A stretch of 64,000 nucleotides of DNA, taken from contig JAFCCO010000005.1 in NCBI GenBank assembly GCA_017610175.1, positions 284 through 64,283 on the forward strand, written 5' to 3'. Position 1 is the stretch's first letter. Each line of letters begins with the position of its first letter. Position numbers and translations under genes: made by a program. The stretch comes from Candidatus Iainarchaeum sp. (GTDB lineage Archaea; Iainarchaeota; Iainarchaeia; Iainarchaeales; GCA-2688035). Of the stretch, positions 47,772 through 57,556 are shown piece by piece. The notes under the pieces were generated by a model, which was not told the origin of the DNA, ran no database searches, and was given only the letters and a program-made list of their open reading frames with translations.

Positions 47772-50700
47772 TTAAGTTTCGACATATTCTGCCCAGTGCT
47801 TCACTTCAAGCGATTCAAGCGGCTTTTTGGAGAGCGCGTGCACAAGCATCTTTGCAAGCTGCTTGTTTGTCACAAGCGGAACCGAAAAGTCCACCGCATT
47901 TCTTCTCAGGTCGTACTCTGCCTCAAGGGCCTCTTTGTCATATTCGTCGGGAATGGCAATTACGAGGTCAAGCTTTCCGGCCCTGAAAAAGTCCAGTGTG
48001 TTTGGCTTTTTGTTTTCCTGGATTTTGTAGAGCACCTTTGACTTTATTCCCTGTTCTTTGAGGAACTTGGCTGTGCTGTCCGTTGCATACAGCTCAAAGC
48101 CGGTTTTTTGCAGGATTTCAATTTCGTCAAGCAAATCAAACCTGTTTTCGTCCCCACTAACGCTTACAAGCACATTCTTTTTGGGGAGCTTAAAGCCCGT
48201 TGCAATAAGCGCTTTTAAGAATGCATCATCTGCGTCTGTTCCAATGCATGCAACTTCCCCTGTTGAAGACATTTCAACCCCAAGCAAGGGGTCCGCTCCC
48301 TTAAGCCTGCTAAATGAGAACTGTGGGGCCTTAACTCCCACATAATCAAGGTCGAGGGCTGACTTTTCAATTTTTGGAACCGCCTTGCCCATTATTGCCC
48401 TTGTTGCCAATTCCACAAAATTTATTCCCGAGACCTTTGAAACAAATGGGAATGATCTTGATGCCCTGAGGTTCAGTTCAATAACTTTTATTTCATTGTC
48501 TTTTGCAATGAACTGCATATTAAACGGCCCCGTGATTTTGAGTTCGCGGCACAGCTTGTATGCCACTTCCTTGATTCTTCGCACTGTTTCAAGGTATGTT
48601 TTTTGGGGCGGGAACACCATTGTTGCATCCCCTGAGTGGACTCCCGCATTTTCAACGTGTTCATTTATTGCGTAGACCACTATTTCGCCGCCGCTTCCAA
48701 CCGCGTCAATTTCAATTTCCCTTGCGTTGCTGATAAACTTGCTTATTACAACCGGGTATTCTGATGAAAGCGATGTTGCCTTGTCAAGGTAATCGTGCAA
48801 ATCCTTTTCGTTGAATGCAACACTCATTGCGGCGCCGCTTAGCACATAGCTTGGCCTTACAAGAACCGGGAAGCCAACTTTTTCAGCAAAGGCAATTGCC
48901 TGTTTTTTGCTTGTTAACTCCCTCCAGTCCGGCTGGTCTATTCCAAGTGAATCGCACAATGATGAAAAAATGTGCCTGTTTTCCGCCCTGTCGATGTTTT
49001 CAGGTGATGTCCCAAGCACTTTTACCTTGTTTTTGTGCAGCTTTATTGCAAGGTTGTTTGGGATTTGCCCGCCCATGCTTACAAGTGTTCCAATCGGATT
49101 TTCCATTTCGTAAATGTCGAGAACCCTTTCAAGCGAAAGTTCCTCAAAGTAAAGCCTGTCGCACACGTCATAATCCGTTGAAACCGTTTCGGGGTTAAAA
49201 TTTATCATCACGGTTTTGTAGTCCATTCCCTTAAGCGTGTTGTTTGCGGTTACGCCGCACCAGTCGAATTCAACGCTTGAGCCGATGCTGTATGAGCCTG
49301 AGCCAAGCAGCAGAACCTGGTTTTCATTTCCAAACTCAACGTCGTTCTCCACCCCGTTGTATGTCATGTACAGGTAGTTTGTTTGTGCGGGGAATTCTGC
49401 GGCCAGTGTGTCAATTTGCTTCACAACTGGAAGCACATTAAGCTCTTTTCTTTTTGCCCTTACCTTTAGTTCGTCTTCCTCTTTTGTGATTATCGCAATT
49501 TGCTTGTCTGAGAAACCGGCTTTCTTTGCTTCACGCATTAGTTCCTCTGAAATTTCCTCAAGTTTTTGCTCTGCAATCTCCTCCTCTATTTCCACAACTT
49601 CTTTGAGCTTGTGCAGGAACCATTTGTCAACCTTTGAAAGCTTGTGGATGTTGTCAACTGAATACCCTTTCTTTAGCCCCTCTATCAGTGCAAAGATTCT
49701 TTTGTCGGTGGGGTGCTCAATGCTGTGCGCAATTTTTCTCACCTGCGTTTTGTTTCCAACCAGTCCGTACATTCCAATGTTAAGCATCCTGATTGCTTTC
49801 TGCATTGCTTCCTTAAAGTTTCGCCCGATTGCCATTACTTCCCCGACAGATTTCATTTCCGTTCCCAGTGTATAGCTTACTTTTTGGAACTTCTGCAAAT
49901 CCCATCTTGGAATTTTTACAACACAGTAGTCGAGTGCGGGCTCAAAGCAGGCCTTGGTTTTCTTTGTAATCTTGTTTTCAAGCTCAATGAGTGAGTATCC
50001 GAGCGCAAGCTTTGCCGCTATGAATGCAAGCGGGTAACCTGTTGCCTTTGAGGCAAGTGCCGAACTCCGGCTTAATCGTGCGTTAACCTCAATTACTCTG
50101 TAGTCGTCGCTGTCAGGGCTTAGCGCAAACTGAATGTTGCACTCCCCCACAATTCCAAAGTGCCTTATTACTCTGATTGAAATTTCCCTTAGCTTGTGGT
50201 ATTCGTGGTTGGAGAGTGTTTGGGACGGTGCCACAACAATGCTTTCGCCTGTGTGAATCCCAAGGGGGTCAAAGTTTTCCATGTTGCACACTGTAATACA
50301 ATTTCCCACCGAATCCCTTACCACTTCGTATTCAACTTCTTTCCAGCCTGCAAGTGATTCCTCCACAAGAATTTGCGGCGCGTAAGTAAACACCTTTTCC
50401 GTTAGCTTTTTCAGCTGCGCCTCGGTCTTTACAACACCGCTTCCTTTTCCGCCGAGGGCGTAGGCTGCCCGCACCATGATGGGGTAACCAATTTTCTTTG
50501 CGGCCTTAAGCGCCGCCTTTGCATTTGTTACCGGGATGCTTTTTGGAACCCTCACATCAAGGGAATCAAGTGCGTTGTTGAATTTTTCCCGGTCCTCGGT
50601 TTCAATTATCGCTTCAACCTGTGTTCCAAGCACTTTCAAATCGTGTTTTTTCAGAACCCCTTTCTCAAACAGCTTAACTCCGCAATTAAGCGCTGTTTGC

Positions 50701-50969
50701 CCTCCGAATGCAAGAAGCAGCCCCTGCGGTTTTTCCTTTTTAATCACTTTTTCAACAAAGTATGCGTTGACCGGCAGAAAGTAAATCTTGTCCGCAAGCC
50801 CTTTGGATGTCTGCATTGTTGCAATGTTCGGGTTTACTAGAACAACTTCAATTCCCTCTTCCTTCATTGCCTTAATGCACTGTGAGCCCGAGTAATCAAA
50901 CTCGCCGGCCTCCCCGATTTTTAGCGCACCACTTCCGAGAACAAGCACTTTTTTGATTTTAGAGGTCAT
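47772..50969 (-). CDS. carB: Carbamoyl-phosphate synthase large subunit
   Basis: GSG..KIGEAGEFDYSG, duplicated ATP-grasp domains, NPETVSTDYD, MGS domain. Confidence 0.98.
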   Translation of the reverse strand: MTSKIKKVLVLGSGALKIGEAGEFDYSGSQCIKAMKEEGIEVVLVNPNIATMQTSKGLADKIYFLPVNAYFVEKVIKKEKPQGLLLAFGGQTALNCGVKLFEKGVLKKHDLKVLGTQVEAIIETEDREKFNNALDSLDVRVPKSIPVTNAKAALKAAKKIGYPIMVRAAYALGGKGSGVVKTEAQLKKLTEKVFTYAPQILVEESLAGWKEVEYEVVRDSVGNCITVCNMENFDPLGIHTGESIVVAPSQTLSNHEYHKLREISIRVIRHFGIVGECNIQFALSPDSDDYRVIEVNARLSRSSALASKATGYPLAFIAAKLALGYSLIELENKITKKTKACFEPALDYCVVKIPRWDLQKFQKVSYTLGTEMKSVGEVMAIGRNFKEAMQKAIRMLNIGMYGLVGNKTQVRKIAHSIEHPTDKRIFALIEGLKKGYSVDNIHKLSKVDKWFLHKLKEVVEIEEEIAEQKLEEISEELMREAKKAGFSDKQIAIITKEEDELKVRAKRKELNVLPVVKQIDTLAAEFPAQTNYLYMTYNGVENDVEFGNENQVLLLGSGSYSIGSSVEFDWCGVTANNTLKGMDYKTVMINFNPETVSTDYDVCDRLYFEELSLERVLDIYEMENPIGTLVSMGGQIPNNLAIKLHKNKVKVLGTSPENIDRAENRHIFSSLCDSLGIDQPDWRELTSKKQAIAFAEKVGFPVLVRPSYVLSGAAMSVAFNEKDLHDYLDKATSLSSEYPVVISKFISNAREIEIDAVGSGGEIVVYAINEHVENAGVHSGDATMVFPPQKTYLETVRRIKEVAYKLCRELKITGPFNMQFIAKDNEIKVIELNLRASRSFPFVSKVSGINFVELATRAIMGKAVPKIEKSALDLDYVGVKAPQFSFSRLKGADPLLGVEMSSTGEVACIGTDADDAFLKALIATGFKLPKKNVLVSVSGDENRFDLLDEIEILQKTGFELYATDSTAKFLKEQGIKSKVLYKIQENKKPNTLDFFRAGKLDLVIAIPDEYDKEALEAEYDLRRNAVDFSVPLVTNKQLAKMLVHALSKKPLESLEVKHWAEYVET

Positions 50970-52066
50970 TTCTCTGCCCCCTTTGCAATTTTCACAAACT
51001 CATCAAACAAGAAATCTGTGTCAACCGGCCCGGGTGTTGCCTCAGGGTGGAACTGCAAGCTCATGAACGGCTTCCCCTTGTGCCTGATTCCCTCGTTTGT
51101 TCCGTCATTTAAATTTGTAAACCACGGTTTCCATCCGTCTGGAATGCTTTTTTCATCAACCGCAAACCCGTGGTTCTGTGAAGTGATAAAGCATTTCTTC
51201 GTGCCCTCCAGAACGCATGGCTGGTTTTGGCTCCTGTGCCCGTACTTGAGCTTGAACGTGTCCGCGCCGGCTGCAAGCGCGAGAATTTGGTTTCCAAGGC
51301 AAATTCCAAATGTTGGAATTTCCTTTTCCATCGCTTTGCGCAGTGATTCAATTGTTGCTGTGCACTGCTTTGGGTCTCCCGGGCCGTTGCTTACAAAAAC
51401 CGCGTCAAACTTGTGCTTGCCGTCAAATATATTATAATCCCACGGGAACCTTATCACTGTGCAGCCTCTTGCAAGCAGGCTTCTGACAATGTTGTTTTTT
51501 ACCCCGCAGTCAAGCAGTGCAATCGATGGCCCGGAACCACCAGACTTATACATAATTGGCTGTTTGCAACTAACTTCTCCAGCCAGATTTCGCTCATTCG
51601 GGTCCGAAAGCTCAATTTCTTCCCCCTCAAATTCAATTTTTCCAAGCATTACCCCTTTTTCCCTCAGCTTTTTGGTGAGCATTCTTGTGTCAATCCCTGT
51701 AAGCCCGGGAATTCCTTCCTCTTTTAGCCATGCGGCAAGTGACCTTTCCGACTGCCAGTGACTGTGCTCAAAGCTGTAGTCTGACACAATTAGTGCGGTA
51801 ATTTGCACAGTTTTGGACTCAAAATTCTTTTCGATGCCAAACTTGTCCTCTTCACTTTTTGGAACCCCATAGTTTCCAATCAGGGGGTATGTAAGCGTTA
51901 AAATTTGGCCCCTGTATGATGGGTCTGTCAGACTTTCAGGGTAACCAACCATCCCTGTGTTGAAAACGACTTCTCCTGCCACGGATTTTTCAGCACCGAA
52001 GGAAATCCCTTCAAAGACGGAGCCGTCCTCCAAAATCAGTTTTGCTTTTTTGGGTATTTTTCGCAA
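50966..52066 (-). CDS. carA: Carbamoyl-phosphate synthase small subunit
   Basis: GEVVFNTGM.GY, SNGPGDP, GICLG and QFHPE motifs. Confidence 0.97.
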   Translation of the reverse strand: MRKIPKKAKLILEDGSVFEGISFGAEKSVAGEVVFNTGMVGYPESLTDPSYRGQILTLTYPLIGNYGVPKSEEDKFGIEKNFESKTVQITALIVSDYSFEHSHWQSERSLAAWLKEEGIPGLTGIDTRMLTKKLREKGVMLGKIEFEGEEIELSDPNERNLAGEVSCKQPIMYKSGGSGPSIALLDCGVKNNIVRSLLARGCTVIRFPWDYNIFDGKHKFDAVFVSNGPGDPKQCTATIESLRKAMEKEIPTFGICLGNQILALAAGADTFKLKYGHRSQNQPCVLEGTKKCFITSQNHGFAVDEKSIPDGWKPWFTNLNDGTNEGIRHKGKPFMSLQFHPEATPGPVDTDFLFDEFVKIAKGAEK

Positions 52067-52163
52067 CCGTTTGACCCGTTATTAACAAAAGAGCCACTTT
52101 CTTTTAAATCTATCGCGGGAAAAATCCAAAAAGCATTTAAGCAACCTAAAACATTTATTAATT

Positions 52164-52538
52164 ATGGCTGTGCCTAAGGGAAAATATGTTCCGGTTGGAA
52201 GACGCGGGCGCGGAAAGAAGCCAATTTCGGTTGGTTCCCGCAAAAAAGCAATCTCTAGACGGAGGGCCACTCCTAAACAGAAGGCAACCTCTTTGCTTCG
52301 CTCTTTTTCCAAATCCAAGGCATCAACTGAACTTAGGGGCCTGATAAAGACTTATAAGATGGAAATTGGGGGCAGCAGGAAGGGTTCTGCAAAATACAAG
52401 TGGATTCGCAAAAGGCTGATTACTGCCAAGGCAACTTTTTGGGACGGCCTTATTGCTTTTGCAAAAATTAAGGATGCTTCAAAGGTGGTTATTGCAGAAC
52501 TTGAGGCAAGGAAAAAAGTTGATATTAGAAAACTCTAA
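52164..52538 (+). CDS. Basic hypothetical protein
   Basis: MAVPKGKYVPVGRRGRGKK; TTTAAG TATA about 25 nt upstream. Confidence 0.65.
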   Translation: MAVPKGKYVPVGRRGRGKKPISVGSRKKAISRRRATPKQKATSLLRSFSKSKASTELRGLIKTYKMEIGGSRKGSAKYKWIRKRLITAKATFWDGLIAFAKIKDASKVVIAELEARKKVDIRKL

Positions 52539-52587
52539 TCCCCTAATCCGCGCGCTTTTTATTGTTTTTCAGCCTTTTATTTGCTTT

Positions 52588-54720
52588 ATGTGCGGAATAG
52601 CCGGATTCTTTAACTGCAAAGATGCTCCTGTAAAAGCAGTGGATGCACTTTCTGAAATGCGCAACCGTGGAATTGACGGTGCAGGCATAGCCTTTGGTAA
52701 GCAAGCGCGCTTTGCTTCGTTCCCCAAACTTCTGAAGCAGGAAAAAGATTCAACCGCTGTTTTGGGGCACGTTCTGCACAGCGTTGTTGGAAGCGTTGCC
52801 CAGCCGCTGAAGGGAAAGGGTTTTCTTGCGGCAAACTGTGAAATTTACAACTGGAAAGAGCTTGCTGCAAAGCACAGAATTAAGGCAAGAAACGATGCCG
52901 GGCTTGTGCTAAAGCTTATTGAGAAAAGCAAGGGCGTTGAATCTGTTCTAAAAGAGCTTGACGGGGTTTGGGCATTTGCTTACTGGAACGGAAACAGGGT
53001 TGTGCTCAGTCGGGACATTCTTGGAGTAAAGCCGCTTTGGTATTCGCTTAGCAATGGTTTCTGCTTTGCCTCCGAAAAAAAGGCCTTGGAGAAGGCGGGC
53101 TGTTTGGGGATTGAGGAGCTTGACCCAAGGCATGTGCTTGAATTTGATTTAAAGAACGGAAAGGCAAAATTTGTAAAGAGAAAATTCTTTTCGGCTAAAA
53201 AGAGCGCTGTGAATTTTGAGCGAAGCGTTGAATCGCTTAAGCGGCTTTTGCAGGACGCGGTTGCAAAGCGCGTTCCCGAAAAGAAATTCGGTCTGCTGTT
53301 TAGTGGGGGAATAGATTCTGTTCTGCTTGCAACAGTTTTCAAGGAGATGGGTTATTCTTTCACCTGCTTCTTTGCATATGTTAAAGGTTTTGGGGAGCCG
53401 GCAGACCTAAAGTTTGCGCGCCGTGCCGCAAAAACCCTTGGGCTCGAGCTTGAGGAAATTGCCGTAAAGAAAAGCGACCTGCCCAAATTGATTTCAGAGG
53501 TTGTTTTGCTTATTGAATCAAGCAATCCTGTAAAGGTTGGAGTTGCTCTTCCCCTGTATGCCGCGTGCAGGAAGGCAAAGCGCCGCGGCATTAAGGTAAT
53601 TTTTTCAGGCCTTGGTGCGGACGAACTGTTCTGCGGCTACGCCCGCTTTAGGGAATCGAACAATGTGCAGCTTGATTCAATCAATTTGCTGATGCAAATG
53701 CACGAAAACGACCTTTACCGCGATGACGTTCTCTCAATGAACAACAGCCTTGAGTTAAGGCTTGCGTTTCTCGATCTTAATGTAATAAAGTTTGCCCTTC
53801 CGCTTGCAAAGAAATTTAAGCTATCCTCCAAGCAGAATAAAATAATTCTTCGCGAGGCCGCGCGTTCGCTTGGAGTCCCCAACGAATTTGCTTCGCGAAA
53901 GAAGAAGGCCGCCCAGTACGGGAGCAATTTTGACAAGGGAATCGGAAAGCTTGCAAAGAAATCCGGTATGAGAAAGGCTGAGTTTCTTGCCGGCTTTGCG
54001 CCAAAGAAGAACCTTAAGCTTGCCGCGCTTTTTTCGGGCGGGAAGGATTCCTGCCTTGCACTCTGGATAATGCAGAGGCAGAACTATGATGTAAGCTGCC
54101 TTGTTTCGGTTTTTCCAAAGAATCCCGACTCTTACATGTACCACCAGCCCAATGCGCGGGTTGTTGCCCTGCAGTCAAAGGCCCTTGGGATTCCATTGCT
54201 TAAGAAAACGACAAAGGGTGTTAAGGAAAAGGAATTGTCTGCACTCAAGTCTGTGTTACTGGATGCAAAAAAGAAGTTTGGAATTCAGGGTGTTGTTTCA
54301 GGGGCGCTTTTCAGCAATTACCAGCGCGAGCGAATCCAAAAAATATGCCTTGCACTCGGATTAAAGCTTTTCTCCCCCCTGTGGCATAAAAAGCAGGGGC
54401 AGGAAGTGCGCGAGCTTGTCAACAACGGTTTTGTTTTTGTGATGTCAAAGATTGCGGGCTATGGCCTCAGCAAAGAATGGCTTGGAAAGCCGATTGGGGC
54501 AAAGGAAATTGTGGAGCTTGACAGGCTGAACCAAAGAATTGGGTTTAATGTTGCGGGCGAGGGCGGAGAGTACGAATCCCTTGTTCTTGATGCCCCGAAT
54601 TTTTCAAAGCGAATAGTTCTTGGTAAGTTGGCAACTAAAATGGGGAATGAGTTTACCGGTTCCCTTGTGATAAAAAAGGTTTCACTCAAGGGCAAACGCT
54701 TTAATAGTGGGAAGGACTAA
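52588..54720 (+). CDS. Asparagine synthetase B-like protein fused to a diphthine-ammonia ligase (Dph6/DUF71) domain
   Basis: N-terminal MCGIAG, SGGIDS and SGLGADE motifs; second PP-loop SGGKDS, SYMYH and GEGGEYES. Confidence 0.9.
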   Translation: MCGIAGFFNCKDAPVKAVDALSEMRNRGIDGAGIAFGKQARFASFPKLLKQEKDSTAVLGHVLHSVVGSVAQPLKGKGFLAANCEIYNWKELAAKHRIKARNDAGLVLKLIEKSKGVESVLKELDGVWAFAYWNGNRVVLSRDILGVKPLWYSLSNGFCFASEKKALEKAGCLGIEELDPRHVLEFDLKNGKAKFVKRKFFSAKKSAVNFERSVESLKRLLQDAVAKRVPEKKFGLLFSGGIDSVLLATVFKEMGYSFTCFFAYVKGFGEPADLKFARRAAKTLGLELEEIAVKKSDLPKLISEVVLLIESSNPVKVGVALPLYAACRKAKRRGIKVIFSGLGADELFCGYARFRESNNVQLDSINLLMQMHENDLYRDDVLSMNNSLELRLAFLDLNVIKFALPLAKKFKLSSKQNKIILREAARSLGVPNEFASRKKKAAQYGSNFDKGIGKLAKKSGMRKAEFLAGFAPKKNLKLAALFSGGKDSCLALWIMQRQNYDVSCLVSVFPKNPDSYMYHQPNARVVALQSKALGIPLLKKTTKGVKEKELSALKSVLLDAKKKFGIQGVVSGALFSNYQRERIQKICLALGLKLFSPLWHKKQGQEVRELVNNGFVFVMSKIAGYGLSKEWLGKPIGAKEIVELDRLNQRIGFNVAGEGGEYESLVLDAPNFSKRIVLGKLATKMGNEFTGSLVIKKVSLKGKRFNSGKD

Positions 54721-54735
54721 AATTAAGCTGATAAC

Positions 54736-54960
54736 ATGCGCCGCAAGAAAACCATCAGGGAATTGACTGTTTCAGAGATTAGAAGGGAAAGGGACAGCAT
54801 TGAAAAGAATCTTTTGGCCGGAGACGTTATGGGTGTACAGAGTGAGCGCGAAAAGCTTGTTAACAGGCACAGGGACCTTTCGGAAGAAATTGTTAGGCGT
54901 GTTCGCGGTGGAAAGCACTCTTTGCTTAAAAGAATTGCGAAAAAGATTTCAGGAAAATAA
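54736..54960 (+). CDS. Small basic hypothetical protein
   Basis: 74 aa MRRKKTIRE...; fills the gap before the convergent purD. Confidence 0.55.
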   Translation: MRRKKTIRELTVSEIRRERDSIEKNLLAGDVMGVQSEREKLVNRHRDLSEEIVRRVRGGKHSLLKRIAKKISGK

Positions 54961-54961
54961 T

Positions 54962-56233
54962 TCAGCGGTTCAGCGCCTTTTGCCCGATGTCTTTTCTGTA
55001 CTGCGCACCTTCGAACGAAATCTTTTCAACTGCCTTGTATGCGTTGCCAATGCTTTCATTAATTGTCGCCCCAAGTGAGGTAACCCCTAGAACGCGTCCT
55101 CCGGCAGTTACAACTTTTCCGTCTGCATTGCTTGTTCCTGCGTGGAAAACAACTGTTTCAGGCAATGAGTTTGCCTCTTCAAGCCCTGCTATTTCCTTCC
55201 CTTTCTCATATTTTTCAGGATAACCGCCTGAAGCCATTACTACACAGCAGGCGGCCTTCTTGCTCCATTTTACTTCCTGCTCTGCAAGTGTTCCGTCCAT
55301 GCAGGCCTGCAGAATTGGGGCAAGGTCTGATTCAAGCCTCATAAGCAGTGCCTGTGTTTCAGGGTCTCCGAAGCGGCAGTTGAACTCAACAACTTTTGGA
55401 CCGTCCTTTGTAATCATCAGTCCGCAGTACAAAATTCCCTTGTATTTCCTGCCCTCTTTCTTCATGGCTTCAACGGTTGGTTTCATGATTGTTTCAAGAA
55501 CTTTCTTTTCAACTTCATCCGTCACAACAGGCGCCGGGCTGTATGCACCCATCCCGCCTGTGTTCGGGCCCTTGTCCCCGTCAAAAACCGGTTTGTGGTC
55601 CTGGCTTGAAACCATTGGCTTGATTGTTTTTCCGTCTGTGAAAACAAGGTAGCTTGCTTCCTCCCCAATAAGCTTTTCCTCAAGGATTACCTGGCTTCCT
55701 GCTTCCCCAAATGCCTTGTCAACCATTACCTGTTTAATTGCGGCTTCTGCCTCATCCATTGTGTCGCACACAATTACTCCCTTTCCTGCGGCAAGGCCGT
55801 CTGCCTTCACGACAATCGGCGCTCCCTTCTCCTGCAGGTATCCAAGGGCCTCCTCTGCAGTGGTAAATGAGGCAAATTCAGCGTTTGGAATTCCGTATTT
55901 TTGCAGGAGTTCCCTCATAAAAATCTTGCTTCCCTCAATAATTGCGGCCTTCTTGCTTGGCCCGAACACATTCAGCCCCTTCTCCTGAAAGAAGTCAACA
56001 ATCCCTTCAACCAGCGGGTCCTCCGGCCCAACAACAGTTAGGTCAATTTCGTTTTCCTTTACAAATGCCGCAATCCCGTCAAATGAATTGTCTTCCAAAA
56101 CAACGTTTTCCGCGACATCTGCAGTTCCCGCATTTCCGGGAATGCAGTACACTTTCTTAACATTGCTGCTTTGGGCTATTTTCCAGCAAATGGTGTGTTC
56201 CCTTCCGCCTTTTCCAATTACCGCAACTTTCAT
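54962..56233 (-). CDS. purD: Phosphoribosylamine-glycine ligase
   Basis: GGREH, PGNAG, KADGLAAGKGV, GPNTGGMG and EFNCRFGDPE motifs. Confidence 0.98.
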   Translation of the reverse strand: MKVAVIGKGGREHTICWKIAQSSNVKKVYCIPGNAGTADVAENVVLEDNSFDGIAAFVKENEIDLTVVGPEDPLVEGIVDFFQEKGLNVFGPSKKAAIIEGSKIFMRELLQKYGIPNAEFASFTTAEEALGYLQEKGAPIVVKADGLAAGKGVIVCDTMDEAEAAIKQVMVDKAFGEAGSQVILEEKLIGEEASYLVFTDGKTIKPMVSSQDHKPVFDGDKGPNTGGMGAYSPAPVVTDEVEKKVLETIMKPTVEAMKKEGRKYKGILYCGLMITKDGPKVVEFNCRFGDPETQALLMRLESDLAPILQACMDGTLAEQEVKWSKKAACCVVMASGGYPEKYEKGKEIAGLEEANSLPETVVFHAGTSNADGKVVTAGGRVLGVTSLGATINESIGNAYKAVEKISFEGAQYRKDIGQKALNR

Positions 56234-56300
56234 AAGCCCCACCTCGGAATCTTGGAAGCTAAAAGTTCTTTTAATGCTTTTCCTGCCCCCATTTTTGTAG

Positions 56301-56948
56301 ATGAAGGTTCTTGTGTTTGATTTTGACGGATTGCTTGTTGACTCGCTTCAGATTCACTACAATGTAAAGTGTGAAATTTTCGGGCAGTTTGGGGTCAAGC
56401 CGACCATTGAGGAATTCAAGAAAATCTGGATTTCCCCCGTGCACGGCGAAAGCGGAAACCCTTATTTTGTAAAGCTCAAGGGGCTTGATGCAAGTGTTGG
56501 CGAATTAAAAAAACAACAACAGGAACTTTATGCAAAGTGCTTTGCAAATGAGGCAAAGCTGATGCCCAGCGTTCTGGAGGTTATTTCTTTTGCAAAGGAA
56601 AACAATGTTCCTCTGGTGCTTGTTTCCTCGAATTACAGATACAATGTTGAAAGCGCCCTTTTGCGGTTTGAATTAATGGACGATTTTGGCTTCACGGTTT
56701 GCTCTGAAGACTGCTCTGAGAACAAGCCAAGCCCAATCCCCTACCTTCTTGCCGCAGAGAAGGCAAAAATTAATCCATCTGAAATGGTTGTCTTAGAGGA
56801 TTCGGTTGCGGGCGTTAAAAGCGCAAAGGCAGCGGGCTGCAAATGCATTGCAATTCCAAATCGCTTCACCAAAGGCGGGGATTTTTCAGATGCGGACTTT
56901 GTTGTGGAAAATCTTCTTGAAGCCAAAAAGATTATTCGCACTTTATGA
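56301..56948 (+). CDS. HAD-superfamily phosphatase (beta-PGM-like)
   Basis: FDFDGLLVDS, SS, KPSP and EDS..G motifs. Confidence 0.92.
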   Translation: MKVLVFDFDGLLVDSLQIHYNVKCEIFGQFGVKPTIEEFKKIWISPVHGESGNPYFVKLKGLDASVGELKKQQQELYAKCFANEAKLMPSVLEVISFAKENNVPLVLVSSNYRYNVESALLRFELMDDFGFTVCSEDCSENKPSPIPYLLAAEKAKINPSEMVVLEDSVAGVKSAKAAGCKCIAIPNRFTKGGDFSDADFVVENLLEAKKIIRTL

Positions 56949-57492
56949 CGCGTTCCTCTGTAATCACAAAATCCATTTTTGCGTCGTGGCTTTGTTTTGG
57001 GAGTTGCTTGTCAATGTTCTGTTCAAAACAAAGGCCTATTGCAATTGTTTTTCTCGGGGCCTTTCTTAGGAGCCGGTCGTAGAAGCCGCCGCCGTATCCA
57101 ATCCTGTAGCCTTCGGCGTCGAAGGCAATTCCGGGCACGATTATAACATCAATTTCCCCGACAGGGCATGACTTTGTTTCTTTTGGCTCAATCAAACCGC
57201 TTTCCTTTTCCTCAAGTTCTTCGATTGAATTAATTTTGCTGACCGTAATTGTTTTGTCCTTGAAGGAGGTTACGGGAACGCAAACCTGTTTTCCATTTTG
57301 AATTCCTTTCTCAACCATTTCCTTTGTTGAAACCTCGTTTCCAAAGCTTGCGTAAAAAAGAACGGCCTTTGCCTGCTTAAATTCAGGCATTGAAAAGAGC
57401 TTTTCTGTTATGCTTAGGCTCTTTTTTTCAATTTTCTGAGCTGAAAGCGAGTTTCTAAGCTGCAAATGCTTCATTCTGACAAGGTCTTTCAT
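56932..57492 (-). CDS. 5-formyltetrahydrofolate cyclo-ligase
   Basis: VPGIAFD, RIGYGGGFYDR, HD and ITE motifs. Confidence 0.94.
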   Translation of the reverse strand: MKDLVRMKHLQLRNSLSAQKIEKKSLSITEKLFSMPEFKQAKAVLFYASFGNEVSTKEMVEKGIQNGKQVCVPVTSFKDKTITVSKINSIEELEEKESGLIEPKETKSCPVGEIDVIIVPGIAFDAEGYRIGYGGGFYDRLLRKAPRKTIAIGLCFEQNIDKQLPKQSHDAKMDFVITEERVIKCE

Positions 57493-57556
57493 AACAGCAA
57501 AGGGGTGGGAATTGAATTAAAAAACCTTGCCCTTTTCAATTTAATTGGTGGATCGG

